Assembly: GCA_965248755.1 (NCBI GenBank)
Contig: OZ252149.1
Coordinates: 160,001-224,000, forward strand
Direction of reading: 5' to 3'
From: Candidatus Latescibacterota bacterium
GTDB taxonomy: Bacteria; Latescibacterota; CBDEFO01
DNA length: 64,000 nt
Position numbers and translations under genes: made by a program. Positions 33,392 through 43,494 of the stretch are shown here, piece by piece (the stretch's first letter is position 1; the number at the start of each line of letters is the position of its first letter). The notes under the pieces were generated by a model that had not been told where the DNA came from, searched no databases, and worked only from the letters and a program-made list of their open reading frames with translations.

Positions 33392-34910
33392 AAGCCATGT
33401 GAAATAGTTATGTCCTATGCAGCGTCTGAAGCGCCGATTATGGGTCAAAGAGTAGCATATCGTATCGTTTTGCTATGGAATAAGCAAAATAGTCTCATCA
33501 GAGTTCTGGTCAGCAAGGAATAGGAGCTGTTTGAAGAACAGGATGCACTGTCTTTGACAGACAGGGCACACATAGACGCTTTCCCCCTTCTTATGAAAGA
33601 TACAAGCCTCTTGAGATTCTGTACTGTTGCAACAAGATTCAACTGTTCATTCAGTGAGGCTAGTCCTCTGTAACGGGCTCGTCCCATACCGTGTTGTTGC
33701 TTGGCTTCAGCAAAGATATGTTCACTGCGTTTACGGAGTCTCTGGGAGAGTTTGTAGTCAGCTGTTAATGAGATAGACCGTGCATGATTTCTGGCTTTTG
33801 CCTCTCGCACTTTTCTATCCCGTTTGGCCTGAATATGTGCGAAATTTGTCTTGTTTTTCCATGTAGGAATCGGTTCAATCTTCTCATCGGCTCGCAGAGG
33901 AATATGGGGTATGATTCCCCGGTCAAGTACATCAGCGATAAAATTACCAGAACCGTAACCGGTATCGGCACTAAGTGTCTGAATGTCTTTGGGCATGGTG
34001 TATGTTTCAAGGTCATCTACCATCTTAAGGGCACTTTCGGGCTCTGCTGTCCCTGTCGCCTGCGTGCCCTGAGTCTCAAGGATTACTCTGCTTTTTGTGT
34101 CGATCAGATCATGGCCCATAAACGAGAGAAAAGCCCCTTTGCCCTTCGATTTGCTGTATAAGCGCGCGTCGGGGTCTGTAGTCGAACGGTGTGTTTGGTT
34201 CGTCCACTTTTCACCATGAAAGTCTTTATCCTGAGGATGCCCAGACCTACCCTTTGTCTTATCACCTTCAAAACCAATTCCCTTGAGATAATCATCAAGA
34301 GAAACAGGGGGTTCTATCGGCTCAATACTTTTCACTGAAGCATCAGCTTGTATCTGAGTGCCGTCGACACTAAGGTGTTTACCGCTCACAAGACCGACAT
34401 CTATGCAACACTGGACTACCTGACGCATTATCCGTTCAAACAACCCACTGGACGCCCACTTGTGATTGCGAAGCTTGTTGATTGTGCTCCTATCCGGAAC
34501 CGCATCATCAAATGTCTGATGACAAAACAACCGATATGCCGCATGCATCCCCACTTCCTGACAGAGCCGATTCTCACTGAAATTATACAGATAGCCAATA
34601 AGGATCATTCGAACAACTAATTCAGGATCAATACCGGGTCTGCCATTGTCAGGGCAATAACAATCTGATACAACGTCTCGTACAAATGAAAAATCAACTG
34701 CCTCATCAATCTGACGAAGGATATGATCCTCGGGAACCATATCCTCCATCTGAAAATAGTGAAACATCGGATTTGTCTGTTCCTGCTTTTGTGGGGTCAT
34801 TGTTTCCTCCATGTATAATATTATCAATAACATAATATAATACATCGGAGCTGCTTTATCAATGCTGTTCTTATACTGTTTTCTGAATCTAAGGGTTTTT
34901 CACAAGGCTT
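33392..34910 (-). mobile_element. IS1182-family element, copy 2
   Basis: Near-identical IRs to copy 1; flanks CTAG and CTAA form an imperfect 4-bp TSD. Confidence 0.92.
33445..34845 (-). CDS. IS1182-family transposase (intact)
   Basis: 466 aa with a DUF772-like N-terminus and DDE motifs. Confidence 0.93.
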   Translation of the reverse strand: MYYIMLLIILYMEETMTPQKQEQTNPMFHYFQMEDMVPEDHILRQIDEAVDFSFVRDVVSDCYCPDNGRPGIDPELVVRMILIGYLYNFSENRLCQEVGMHAAYRLFCHQTFDDAVPDRSTINKLRNHKWASSGLFERIMRQVVQCCIDVGLVSGKHLSVDGTQIQADASVKSIEPIEPPVSLDDYLKGIGFEGDKTKGRSGHPQDKDFHGEKWTNQTHRSTTDPDARLYSKSKGKGAFLSFMGHDLIDTKSRVILETQGTQATGTAEPESALKMVDDLETYTMPKDIQTLSADTGYGSGNFIADVLDRGIIPHIPLRADEKIEPIPTWKNKTNFAHIQAKRDRKVREAKARNHARSISLTADYKLSQRLRKRSEHIFAEAKQQHGMGRARYRGLASLNEQLNLVATVQNLKRLVSFIRRGKASMCALSVKDSASCSSNSSYSLLTRTLMRLFCLFHSKTIRYATL

Positions 34911-35229
34911 CTAATGATGCCCATATTCCCTCCGCTTATGATATCAGTTAGCGGAAGCCCAAAGTTTTGATATTCCTTAGCCACCTTCACGACGAAGCGC
35001 AGATTAGCCCTGACCAGCCTGTCCCTGGCCTCTATGTCTCCCTTTTTTGTCTTTGCTGCAAGTTCCCTCTCCTGCCGGGTGGACAAGCGTTTATATGGTT
35101 TAATCTCTTCCAGGTATCTATTCAAACTCCTGTCTTTGTCCATCGTTACGTCCGTGGCTAGGACCATCTTTTATCCCCTTATTCAGCAACCTATTGGCAG
35201 GTTTTCCTATATCCTCTGTATACTGAATT

Positions 35230-35245
35230 AGCATCTGCCATGCCA
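35230..35245 (-). promoter_or_regulatory. Putative sigma-54 -24/-12 promoter
   Basis: TGGCATGGCAGATGCT has GG-N10-GC spacing, about 60 bp upstream of the sigma-70 gene. Confidence 0.5.
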
Positions 35246-35465
35246 TCTGCGCGCAAATAAGAAAAAAGGCCTCTTATGTGATGATAAGCGACCTTTTTAC
35301 AAACTCTTATATAATTAGCAACTTCTTATGAAGATTGAACACACCGCTCTCAAGATATGCAAAGTTTTGCGCATCCTGCGCGTTTTTGTCTCGGACAACA
35401 CGCAAACATTGCACCATAAAGCTCAAGCCTCCCGAAGCGAACGTTTCATAGTATCTGAAACGTCT

Positions 35466-38400
35466 CTAAGCCTGCCTTTTTTTCTTTATCTCCCATCCTT
35501 TCCAAACCGCATATATAGCAGGAATTACAACTAACGTTAGTATAGTAGATGAGATCATCCCTCCAACCATAGGAGCAGCAATCCGCTTCATAACAGCAGA
35601 CCCCGTGCCTGTACCCCACATAATAGGTAGAAGACCTCCCATAATAGCTGTTACAGTCATTATCTTGGGTCTCAATCTGTCCACAGCTCCCACGATAATC
35701 GCATCGTATAGATCTTTTATCCCCATAGACCCACCTTTTTCGAGGAGCTTCTCCTTGTAGGCCTGATCCAGGTAAATTAGCATTATCACACCTGTCTCGG
35801 CAGCGACGCCCGCTAGCGCTATGAACCCAACTCCCACCGCCACGCTCATATTGTAACCTAATATGTGCATAAGCCAGATCCCGCCCACTAAAGCAAAGGG
35901 TAGTGAGAGCATCACAATTAGGCTTTCGGTGATGTTTTGAAAGTTGAAATATAAAAGCAGGAATACGATTCCCAGCGTTATCGGTATGACGATCTTGAGG
36001 CGTTCTTTAGCCCTCTGCATATATTCGTACTGCCCGCTCCAGATGATGTTATATCCGGCGGGAACCTGCACGTTCTCAAGGACCGCCTTTTGAGCTCGTT
36101 CCACGTAAGTGCCCACATCTATGTCCCTGATATCTATGTATATCCAGGCGTTCAGGCGGGCGTTCTCGCTCTTTATCCCCGGCGGACCCTTTCTAATTTT
36201 TATATCCGCGAGCTGTCCCATGGGGACCTGCTCGCCCCTCGGGGTGGGGACCAGAACCCTCTTCAGCGCAGGGACGTTGTCTCTAAGTTCCCTTCCGTAT
36301 CTCAGGTTGACGGGATACCTCTCCAGTCCCTCGACGGTCATAGTGATGTTCATCCCGCCGATAGCGGTTTGTATCACGTCCTGGACATCCCCAACGGTCA
36401 GACCGTAGCGGGCTATCTTATCCCTGTCTATCTCAAAGTCCAGATAGTTTCCGCCGACCACTCTTTCAGCGTATACACTTAGTGTGCCGGGGACATCCCT
36501 TATGACCTGTTCGATCTTTTTTCCCAATTCCTGAAGGACCTCCAGGTCTTCCCCTGCTACCTTGATCCCCACAGGGGTCTTTATACCGGTGGAGAGCATA
36601 TCTACCCTGGTCTTAATAGGCATAGTCCAGGCGTTGGTGAGGCCGGGGAACTTGATAGCGGCGTCCATCTCCTCCACGAGCTTCTCATGCGTCATCCCCT
36701 CCCGCCATTCGTCCTCAGGTTTTAGCATGATCGTAGTTTCTATCATGCTCAGTGGCGCAGGGTCTGTGGCCGTCGAGGCTCTGCCTATCTTGCCGAAGAC
36801 GTGATGTACTTCTGGAAAGGTGCGGATTATCTTGTCCGTCTGCTGTAATATATCTCTGGCTTTTGTGACCGATATTCCGGGAAGGGTCGTAGGCATATAG
36901 AGAAGGTCCCCCTCATACAGTGGAGGCATAAACTCCGATCCCAATTTCTCAAGGGGGAATGCCTTATCGATGTATGTCAATAGCTTCAAGACCTTTCCAT
37001 CCTCTACTTTGGATACTATAAGGCTCTCGAACGGAAAAATGGTAATGATGAGGCTCAAAAGAGCCAAAAGTATGGTCGTCTTTCTATACTTAAGAACCAG
37101 ATGTATCACAGGGCGGTAGATGAATATGAGGAGACGGTTGAGAGGATTCTTATTCTCCTTTGGTATTCTCCCCCGGATGAAAAATCCCATCAACACGGGC
37201 ACAATCGTTATAGACAAAAGCGCTGCAGCTGCCATAGCATAAGTCTTTGTGAACGCCAGGGGCTTAAAGAGCCTGCCCTCCTGTGCCTCGAGTGTGAAGA
37301 CGGGCAGAAACGACATTGTAATTATCAAGAGGGAGTAGAAAAGGGCGGGACCCACCTGTTTGGATGAATCAATGATGATCTGCCAGTGATCCTTTACCCC
37401 TTTATCCCTTTCTATGTGCTTGTGGGCGTTTTCTATCATAACTATCGCCGCATCTATCATAGCTCCGATAGCGATAGCGATGCCCCCCAAAGACATAATG
37501 TTGGCGTTTATGCCCTGTTTGTGCATAATTATAAAGGAGACCAGTATCCCCATAGGCAAAGTGAGGATTGCCACAAGGGAGCTTCTAAAGTGCAACAGAA
37601 AGATTATGCACACCGCTGCCACGACAACACTCTCTTCCAAAAGTTTCTCTTTGAGGTTGTCTACGGCCCTTAGTATCAGGGCAGACCTGTCGTAAGCGGT
37701 CCTGATCTTCACCCCTTCGGGGAGACCCCTTTCGAGATCTTTAAGCTTCTTTTTTACATTCTCTATAACTTTAAGGGCGTTCTCTCCATATCTCATTATG
37801 ATTATCCCGCCGACTACTTCACCTTCTCCCTCCCATTCGGCAAGTCCCCTTCTCAGCTCGGGTCCGAGCTGAACGTCCCCCACATCTTTTATCGTAATAG
37901 GGGTCCCGTTCATATCCACGCCTATAGCCACCTTTTTGATGTCTCCCACAGACTTGAAATACCCGAGCCCCCTGACCATAAACTCCGTTTCAGCAAACTC
38001 CACGAGCCTTCCTCCCACGTCGTTGTTGCTCCTTTGGATGGCCATCTTAACCTTGTGCAGAGGGATATTGTAGGCGATGAGCTTATTGGGGTCCACAGTC
38101 ACCTGGTACTGCTTGACGAACCCTCCTACGCTCGCCACTTCGGCGACTCCGGGCACGCTCGTAAGCTCATACCTTAAGTACCAGTCCTGTATAGATCTGA
38201 GTTCGCTCAGATCGTGCCTGTCGCTCTCTAATATATACTCATAGACCCATCCTACACCTGTGGCGTCAGGTCCCAGACTCGGAGTCACACCTCCGGGCAA
38301 CCTCCCAGATACGAAGTTCAGATACTCAAGGACGCGGCTTCGGGCCCAGTACATATCTGTCCCGTCCTCAAATATCACGTACACAAATGAGAGACTGAAG

Positions 38401-38660
38401 AACGAATATCCTCTCACTACTTTGGCAAAGGGCACAGCTAACATAGCCGTCGTTAAAGGATAGGTGATCTGATCTTCCACCACCTGGGGCGCCTGACCTG
38501 GATACTCAGTGAAAATTATCACCTGAACGTCCGAAAGATCAGGTATGGCATCTAAGGGTGTATTGAGCATCGCATATACTCCCCATCCCATAGCAAAGAG
38601 GGTAAAAAGGATAACCAGGAACTTGTTGTTGATACTCGCTTCTATGATCTTTTCTAACAT
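35466..38660 (-). CDS. cusA: CusA/CzcA heavy-metal efflux RND permease
   Basis: Motifs LDAIPDLSDVQVII, LGSEFMPPLYEGDLLYMP, PAPLSMIET, NAWTMPIK, VMKRIAAPMVGGM. Confidence 0.96.
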   Translation of the reverse strand: MLEKIIEASINNKFLVILFTLFAMGWGVYAMLNTPLDAIPDLSDVQVIIFTEYPGQAPQVVEDQITYPLTTAMLAVPFAKVVRGYSFFSLSFVYVIFEDGTDMYWARSRVLEYLNFVSGRLPGGVTPSLGPDATGVGWVYEYILESDRHDLSELRSIQDWYLRYELTSVPGVAEVASVGGFVKQYQVTVDPNKLIAYNIPLHKVKMAIQRSNNDVGGRLVEFAETEFMVRGLGYFKSVGDIKKVAIGVDMNGTPITIKDVGDVQLGPELRRGLAEWEGEGEVVGGIIIMRYGENALKVIENVKKKLKDLERGLPEGVKIRTAYDRSALILRAVDNLKEKLLEESVVVAAVCIIFLLHFRSSLVAILTLPMGILVSFIIMHKQGINANIMSLGGIAIAIGAMIDAAIVMIENAHKHIERDKGVKDHWQIIIDSSKQVGPALFYSLLIITMSFLPVFTLEAQEGRLFKPLAFTKTYAMAAAALLSITIVPVLMGFFIRGRIPKENKNPLNRLLIFIYRPVIHLVLKYRKTTILLALLSLIITIFPFESLIVSKVEDGKVLKLLTYIDKAFPLEKLGSEFMPPLYEGDLLYMPTTLPGISVTKARDILQQTDKIIRTFPEVHHVFGKIGRASTATDPAPLSMIETTIMLKPEDEWREGMTHEKLVEEMDAAIKFPGLTNAWTMPIKTRVDMLSTGIKTPVGIKVAGEDLEVLQELGKKIEQVIRDVPGTLSVYAERVVGGNYLDFEIDRDKIARYGLTVGDVQDVIQTAIGGMNITMTVEGLERYPVNLRYGRELRDNVPALKRVLVPTPRGEQVPMGQLADIKIRKGPPGIKSENARLNAWIYIDIRDIDVGTYVERAQKAVLENVQVPAGYNIIWSGQYEYMQRAKERLKIVIPITLGIVFLLLYFNFQNITESLIVMLSLPFALVGGIWLMHILGYNMSVAVGVGFIALAGVAAETGVIMLIYLDQAYKEKLLEKGGSMGIKDLYDAIIVGAVDRLRPKIMTVTAIMGGLLPIMWGTGTGSAVMKRIAAPMVGGMISSTILTLVVIPAIYAVWKGWEIKKKRQA

Positions 38661-38686
38661 CTTCTCACAACCTCCACGGAATCATC

Positions 38687-40063
38687 TTAGCGCTTCATAT
38701 CTTTATGATTGTGCTTGGACTTTGTTGTGTCGGCCTCATTCTCCTTCATCTTCATCTCTTCGTGCTTCATGCCTTCATGTTCCATCTCACCTTCTTCGGC
38801 AGCCGCCTCAGTCTTTGCGCTTATCATCGCGCTTATAGCGGCCTTGAGATTACTCTCAGAATCTATCAGGAAGTTGGCGGATGTGACGATGCGCTCGCCC
38901 TCATAGACTCCGTCCAACACCTGATAGTATCCACCGGCCTCAACCCCTAATGTGACCTCTCTCGGCTGGAATTTTCCACCGCCTTTATCCACAATTACTA
39001 TCTGTCTTTCCCCTGAATGGATCACGGCGTTATCGGGAACTACTACTGTCTCCTTTGCGACTTCGGACATAATGTTGACGTTTACATACATATTAGGTTT
39101 GAGCTTCCAGTCATAGTTGGGGAACTCTATCCGTACTTTGACAGTCCTCGTCTTGGATTCCAAGAAGGGATAGACAAAGGTGATTTTCCCCTCAAAAGTC
39201 TCACCCGGATAGTAAGCCAATGTCATCTGTGTCTTTTGGCCCTCCTCTATCCAGGAAAGTTCGTATTCGTATATATCCGCGTAGACCCATATTGTCGAAA
39301 TATCCCCTATCCTGTACAGATGCTCGCCCGACTTTATGTGCATCCCGTCAAAGACCGATTTGTGGACCACGATTCCATTTTGAGGGGAGTACAAAGTCAT
39401 AGTCTTTTTAATCTCTTCTGTCTCCTCCAATTCCTCTATCTGCTCCTCCGTAATATCCCAGTATATTAGCCTCCTTCTGGAGGACTCCACCAGAGCGTCG
39501 GCTCCCGCAACTATATCCGCAAAGGGACTCTTAGATAGCGTCTCTCTATATCTTAAAGCTGTCAGATACTCCTCCTGAGTGGAGACTAAATCAGGGCTGT
39601 AAATCTCTAAGAGCCTATCTCCCTTTTTAACTTTCTGTCCCGTGTAGTCCACAAAGAGCTTTTCCACCCATCCTGCTATCTTGGTGTTCACATCGGTCAT
39701 CTTCGTCTCATCGTAGTCCACCCGTCCCACAGTCCTGATGACTTTGTGTAAGGGACGCCTTTCTGCTTTTTCGGTCTTGACACCGATGTTCTGAACCGTT
39801 ACAGGGTCTATCACGACCGTTCCCGCCTCCACTTCCCCGACCTCGTCTTCATACACCGGTATCAGATCCATCCCCATGGGCGATTTTCCCGGTTCAAAGC
39901 GGATGTAGTTAGGATCCATAGGAGCCTGCCAGTAGAGGATTCTCCTCTCCTTTATGGGTTCCCCCCGGGCTATAACGCTCAAAGTCATAATCCCTATGAC
40001 GCCTAAAAGCGTCAAAACGCCTATAAGGGTTGTCCGCCTAATCTTTATCAGATTTGCCCACAT
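38687..40063 (-). CDS. cusB: CusB-type RND periplasmic adaptor
   Basis: YWQAPMDP...PGKSPMGMDL, GWVEKL, FLIDSESNL; Met/His-rich tail. Confidence 0.93.
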   Translation of the reverse strand: MWANLIKIRRTTLIGVLTLLGVIGIMTLSVIARGEPIKERRILYWQAPMDPNYIRFEPGKSPMGMDLIPVYEDEVGEVEAGTVVIDPVTVQNIGVKTEKAERRPLHKVIRTVGRVDYDETKMTDVNTKIAGWVEKLFVDYTGQKVKKGDRLLEIYSPDLVSTQEEYLTALRYRETLSKSPFADIVAGADALVESSRRRLIYWDITEEQIEELEETEEIKKTMTLYSPQNGIVVHKSVFDGMHIKSGEHLYRIGDISTIWVYADIYEYELSWIEEGQKTQMTLAYYPGETFEGKITFVYPFLESKTRTVKVRIEFPNYDWKLKPNMYVNVNIMSEVAKETVVVPDNAVIHSGERQIVIVDKGGGKFQPREVTLGVEAGGYYQVLDGVYEGERIVTSANFLIDSESNLKAAISAMISAKTEAAAEEGEMEHEGMKHEEMKMKENEADTTKSKHNHKDMKR

Positions 40064-40086
40064 GATTTCAATCTCCTTATGGAAAT

Positions 40087-41361
40087 TTAAAATAGTCTCT
40101 GCCCTATAACTTCCTCTAACTCGGCTAACTTTTTTTGATAGTCTGTGGTGAACCTGTAGTAGTCTATCTGAAACTTTAAAAGGGTTATCTGATTGTCCAA
40201 AAGCGTCAGAAAGTCAATTTTGTCCACCTGATAGCCGGAGATAGCAGATTCCAATGAACCCTGAGCTTGTGGTATTATCCCGGTTTTGTACAGTTGGATC
40301 AGGTTTTCGTCCCTTTGTAATTCCGCAAGGGTGTCCTTCAGAAGGAAGGAAATTTCGTTTACCATTGTATTGTACCGCTCCTTAGTGAGCCTGATCTGTG
40401 CCTCGGCTTCCCTGACCCTGTAATTCTGCTTGCTTTTATACCAGAGGGGGATATTTATGGTAAATAGAGCCGTCATAAAATCCTCTCTACTTTCCCTTTG
40501 TCCGTATGCAACGGCCACGTTCAGGTCCGGGTAGTAATCTTTCCGGGCAAGAAAATAGGCAGATCTGCTCCTTTCAATCAGAATATCTAACCCCTTGAGC
40601 AACGGACTCTTTTCTCTGGCTATATCCCGGAGTTCCTCAAAGTCCAGGTCCAAATCTGCCTTCGTCACTTCTTCAAGTTTCCCTACAGGAGAATCCTGAG
40701 GCCTATATAAAAGGGCGTTCAGCCTCGCTTCTTTTGTCTCCTTTTTTTGCTTGAGCACAATAAGATCGTTGATCATCTTGGACAACTCTACCTGAGCCTT
40801 TAAGACATCCTGCTGAATGCCCTTCCCCACAACGTATTTTGTCTCGGCTATCTCCACAAATTGTTTGGTAAGTTCCTTGTTCTGCTCTGTGATCTCTATA
40901 GCCTTATTGATAAAGTAGAGGTCGTAGTAGGTCTCTTTCACCTTCCTTACGAGTACATTCTCATTGTCGGAATACTCCTGCCCTACCGCTTCGGCCTCTT
41001 TCTGTGCCACCTCTCTCCTTAAGGAGCGTTTGCCGAAGAAGGGCAGTTTCTGCGTAAACAGAATCTGTTTTTGGGTCATATTGAATCTGTCGTAATCCAG
41101 TGACCCGGAGGGCAAATTCATAAAATTAAAGCTAAGCTTCGGATCATCGAACGCCCCTGCGCGCGACGGGCGAGCCTTAAAGACATCCCACCTTTCTTTC
41201 GATACCTTCAACTCCGGATTACTTAAAAGTGCTTTATTTATAGCCTCATCCAGAGCAAATACGCCATCATCAGCCGACGCCGTGTGTGTCCAGCTTAAAT
41301 TCACTATCAGAATCGAAAACAACAAGCGTCTAACGATCACGATGCAACACCGTCCCTTCAT
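40087..41361 (-). CDS. TolC-family outer membrane protein (CusC-like)
   Basis: Signal peptide, two OEP-like halves, operon position upstream of cusB. Confidence 0.9.
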   Translation of the reverse strand: MKGRCCIVIVRRLLFSILIVNLSWTHTASADDGVFALDEAINKALLSNPELKVSKERWDVFKARPSRAGAFDDPKLSFNFMNLPSGSLDYDRFNMTQKQILFTQKLPFFGKRSLRREVAQKEAEAVGQEYSDNENVLVRKVKETYYDLYFINKAIEITEQNKELTKQFVEIAETKYVVGKGIQQDVLKAQVELSKMINDLIVLKQKKETKEARLNALLYRPQDSPVGKLEEVTKADLDLDFEELRDIAREKSPLLKGLDILIERSRSAYFLARKDYYPDLNVAVAYGQRESREDFMTALFTINIPLWYKSKQNYRVREAEAQIRLTKERYNTMVNEISFLLKDTLAELQRDENLIQLYKTGIIPQAQGSLESAISGYQVDKIDFLTLLDNQITLLKFQIDYYRFTTDYQKKLAELEEVIGQRLF

Positions 41362-41520
41362 CGTTCCACAGTCGGAGCACCTTTAGAATCTGTCTCAAAC
41401 TGTACCGATTCATGTTTAACTATACGCATCTATTGCGCTTATCTAGAATCTTTGCGAACAAGGGGAATCTGAATCTATAGAGATAGCCGAAAAAAAGGCC
41501 AATCGGAGGAGGAAAACTTC

Positions 41521-41946
41521 TTAAATCAGAAAAGACGAATTGAGGAGAAAAACGGAGCTATGGTGAGAGGAAACATCTGTGTTGAAGGCTGTAGAAAGAC
41601 TACTTCGAGACACGCTATTCGGATCAAAACTGTTGAGCCCGTAAATCTGCAGGGAAACTGAATGTCTCCTATCCTGCGGTTGAGAATAGTTTATCTTGTT
41701 GCGAACCAGAGCGATATCGGACTTGAGACAGTTCATTTTTGCATTGAAACACAACTTCCCATGTTCCATATTGCAGGTCTGCTCCACATTCTCCATATCA
41801 CAGCCGTGCTCTATGTCCTTTATATCACAGCAACCGGGGTCTTTCCCCGCAGAGGCGGGACATTCCATATCCCTTGGCATAAGTCCTGCAAAAAGGAGAA
41901 CGATCAAGCAAATGACGCTAAATTTTCGATTAATTTTGTGCGACAT
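41521..41946 (-). CDS. Hypothetical Cys/His/Met-rich exported protein
   Basis: N-terminal hydrophobic segment, CC and HGCDM motifs, end VFLLNSSFLI, AGGAGG RBS. Confidence 0.65.
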   Translation of the reverse strand: MSHKINRKFSVICLIVLLFAGLMPRDMECPASAGKDPGCCDIKDIEHGCDMENVEQTCNMEHGKLCFNAKMNCLKSDIALVRNKINYSQPQDRRHSVSLQIYGLNSFDPNSVSRSSLSTAFNTDVSSHHSSVFLLNSSFLI

Positions 41947-42369
41947 ATTCTTTAGCCCATATGCTTGGTATGGTCTATCTGGTCATAGTGGTGATAGTGG
42001 TGAACTTCGTCGGGAGCCATAGTATACCTCCTTTGAGAATTGAGCACAACCTTGCTTACAAGCCACGACTAACATTTCTACTATACAAGATTAATACATA
42101 TAGTTGAAGAAATACCATAGTTTCTTATACTGATCTATAACTTGCTTTTGTATCAGATCTATTAACCCATCATATCCCATTTTCATCTCAGCTGCTAACC
42201 CCTTTTATCTCCACCTAGTTTCTACATCTCCTATATACTGAATCTTTGTTTTTCCTTCAGGATAACTTTGCATTTCTTTACCTCCATTGGATAAATATTT
42301 ATGTATCTAGCCTGTGGACTATATTAAAATTAACAAAGAAACTCAAAAAAGTCAACGGTTAATAGAGCT

Positions 42370-42580
42370 GCAAAAGGGTGACGATTTGGACCATCCTCCT
42401 AAAATCAAGAAGAGCCACGGCAGCACGTAGGCTGTCAACTTGAACCACTGTGCCCGAGGCTTCGCCAGGATGCGTTCCCCATATTTAGCCACATAAAGAT
42501 CGACTATCTCCTGCCGAGTCTTACCTGTCTCCAGCATCTTGCGCACCTCCCGCCGGACCCTTTCTGCTGCACCTGAGTAG
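42370..42580 (-). pseudogene. ccmH: CcmH cytochrome c biogenesis fragment
   Basis: RREVRKMLETGKTRQEIVDLYVAKYGERILAKP...YVLPW; the CxxC region is absent. Confidence 0.75.
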
Positions 42581-42724
42581 CGCTTCGACAAAGGATTTCT
42601 TGAGGGAAATCGTCAGCAGTATTTGCCACAATTTCTTGGAACCAGAAATCACAGCTTTTCTCCAAATAGCAGACTAGCCCAGAACAGAGAAGGGACAATC
42701 TATCGCAACTGCTACAGACCGCGC

Positions 42725-43125
42725 ACCCTAAAGACTCGTACGGGACGCTTAGATTTGAGTGTGCCCCAGGATCGACAGAGAAAATTCCACACACAGTAGT
42801 TTGCTCGATATCAACGCAATGATAAGGCGTTGGTATTCACCTCGCAGGGGTCATTTCTCCGATAGATTCTGTCGTGGACTGGGAAGATTCCATCATGACA
42901 TGGCTCGCCGCACCAATGTGACCGGCATCTTTCCCAACGAAAAGTACTGAGCTCGTCCGGCAGGAGCCATGCCAATCGAGTTTCCCAGGGAGTGAACCAA
43001 CAGTAGGTGATACCTGGATATGAGCCTTTGTGCAGGAGGCAGAACCTCCATAGGTGGTGATGACTACCGTGGCAGATGGAATGCCCCCCGTCGGATAGGC
43101 GATTCTACAGGAAAAAAGGACTTGA
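42725..43125 (+). mobile_element. IS256-family remnant
   Basis: LKTRTGRLDLSVPQDR, RRTNVTGIFPNE, and an IR-like end TACAGGAAAAAAGGACTTGAC. Confidence 0.7.
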
Positions 43126-43494
43126 CCGCCAATAAGCCAGAAAAGTCAAAATTTTTGTTGATCCGAAAGAGAAACTGTGTTAAGATTAGGGTTGCCAAAT
43201 TTAAGCACGACAGCTTCCGTTGCTGTAAATTTGGTTTTTCCCAGAACTGATAAAAGTCCTTCGATCCACTGCGTGGCATCTTCTACACCATATTTAAGCC
43301 ATTCAGATATGGAAGAATGACTCCTTACCACAGAGTAGGGGTGTATAGGAGGCGTAAACCTGAACAATCTGGATCGTTCGACGCACCCACCCACCGAAGG
43401 CCAAGTATTAAGACAAGGAGGACTGGGTAGAGCACCTCATAGTGACCGCCGCAGTTGAACGGGGCTGATGCTGCATAGATGAGGGGAGAAACTC

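Larger units (their letters stand above)
32900..35167 (-). pseudogene. RpoD/SigA-family sigma-70 factor split by IS1182, with further lesions
   Basis: YLEEI...ANLRFVVKVAKEY...GNMGII, then the IS, then RAAERL...RFITYAVWWICQAI...QSRTIRV; region 3/4 remnant at 32940-33209. Confidence 0.88.

Noticed and set aside
43130..43470. Possible transposase remnant
   Set aside because: No motif could be assigned with confidence.
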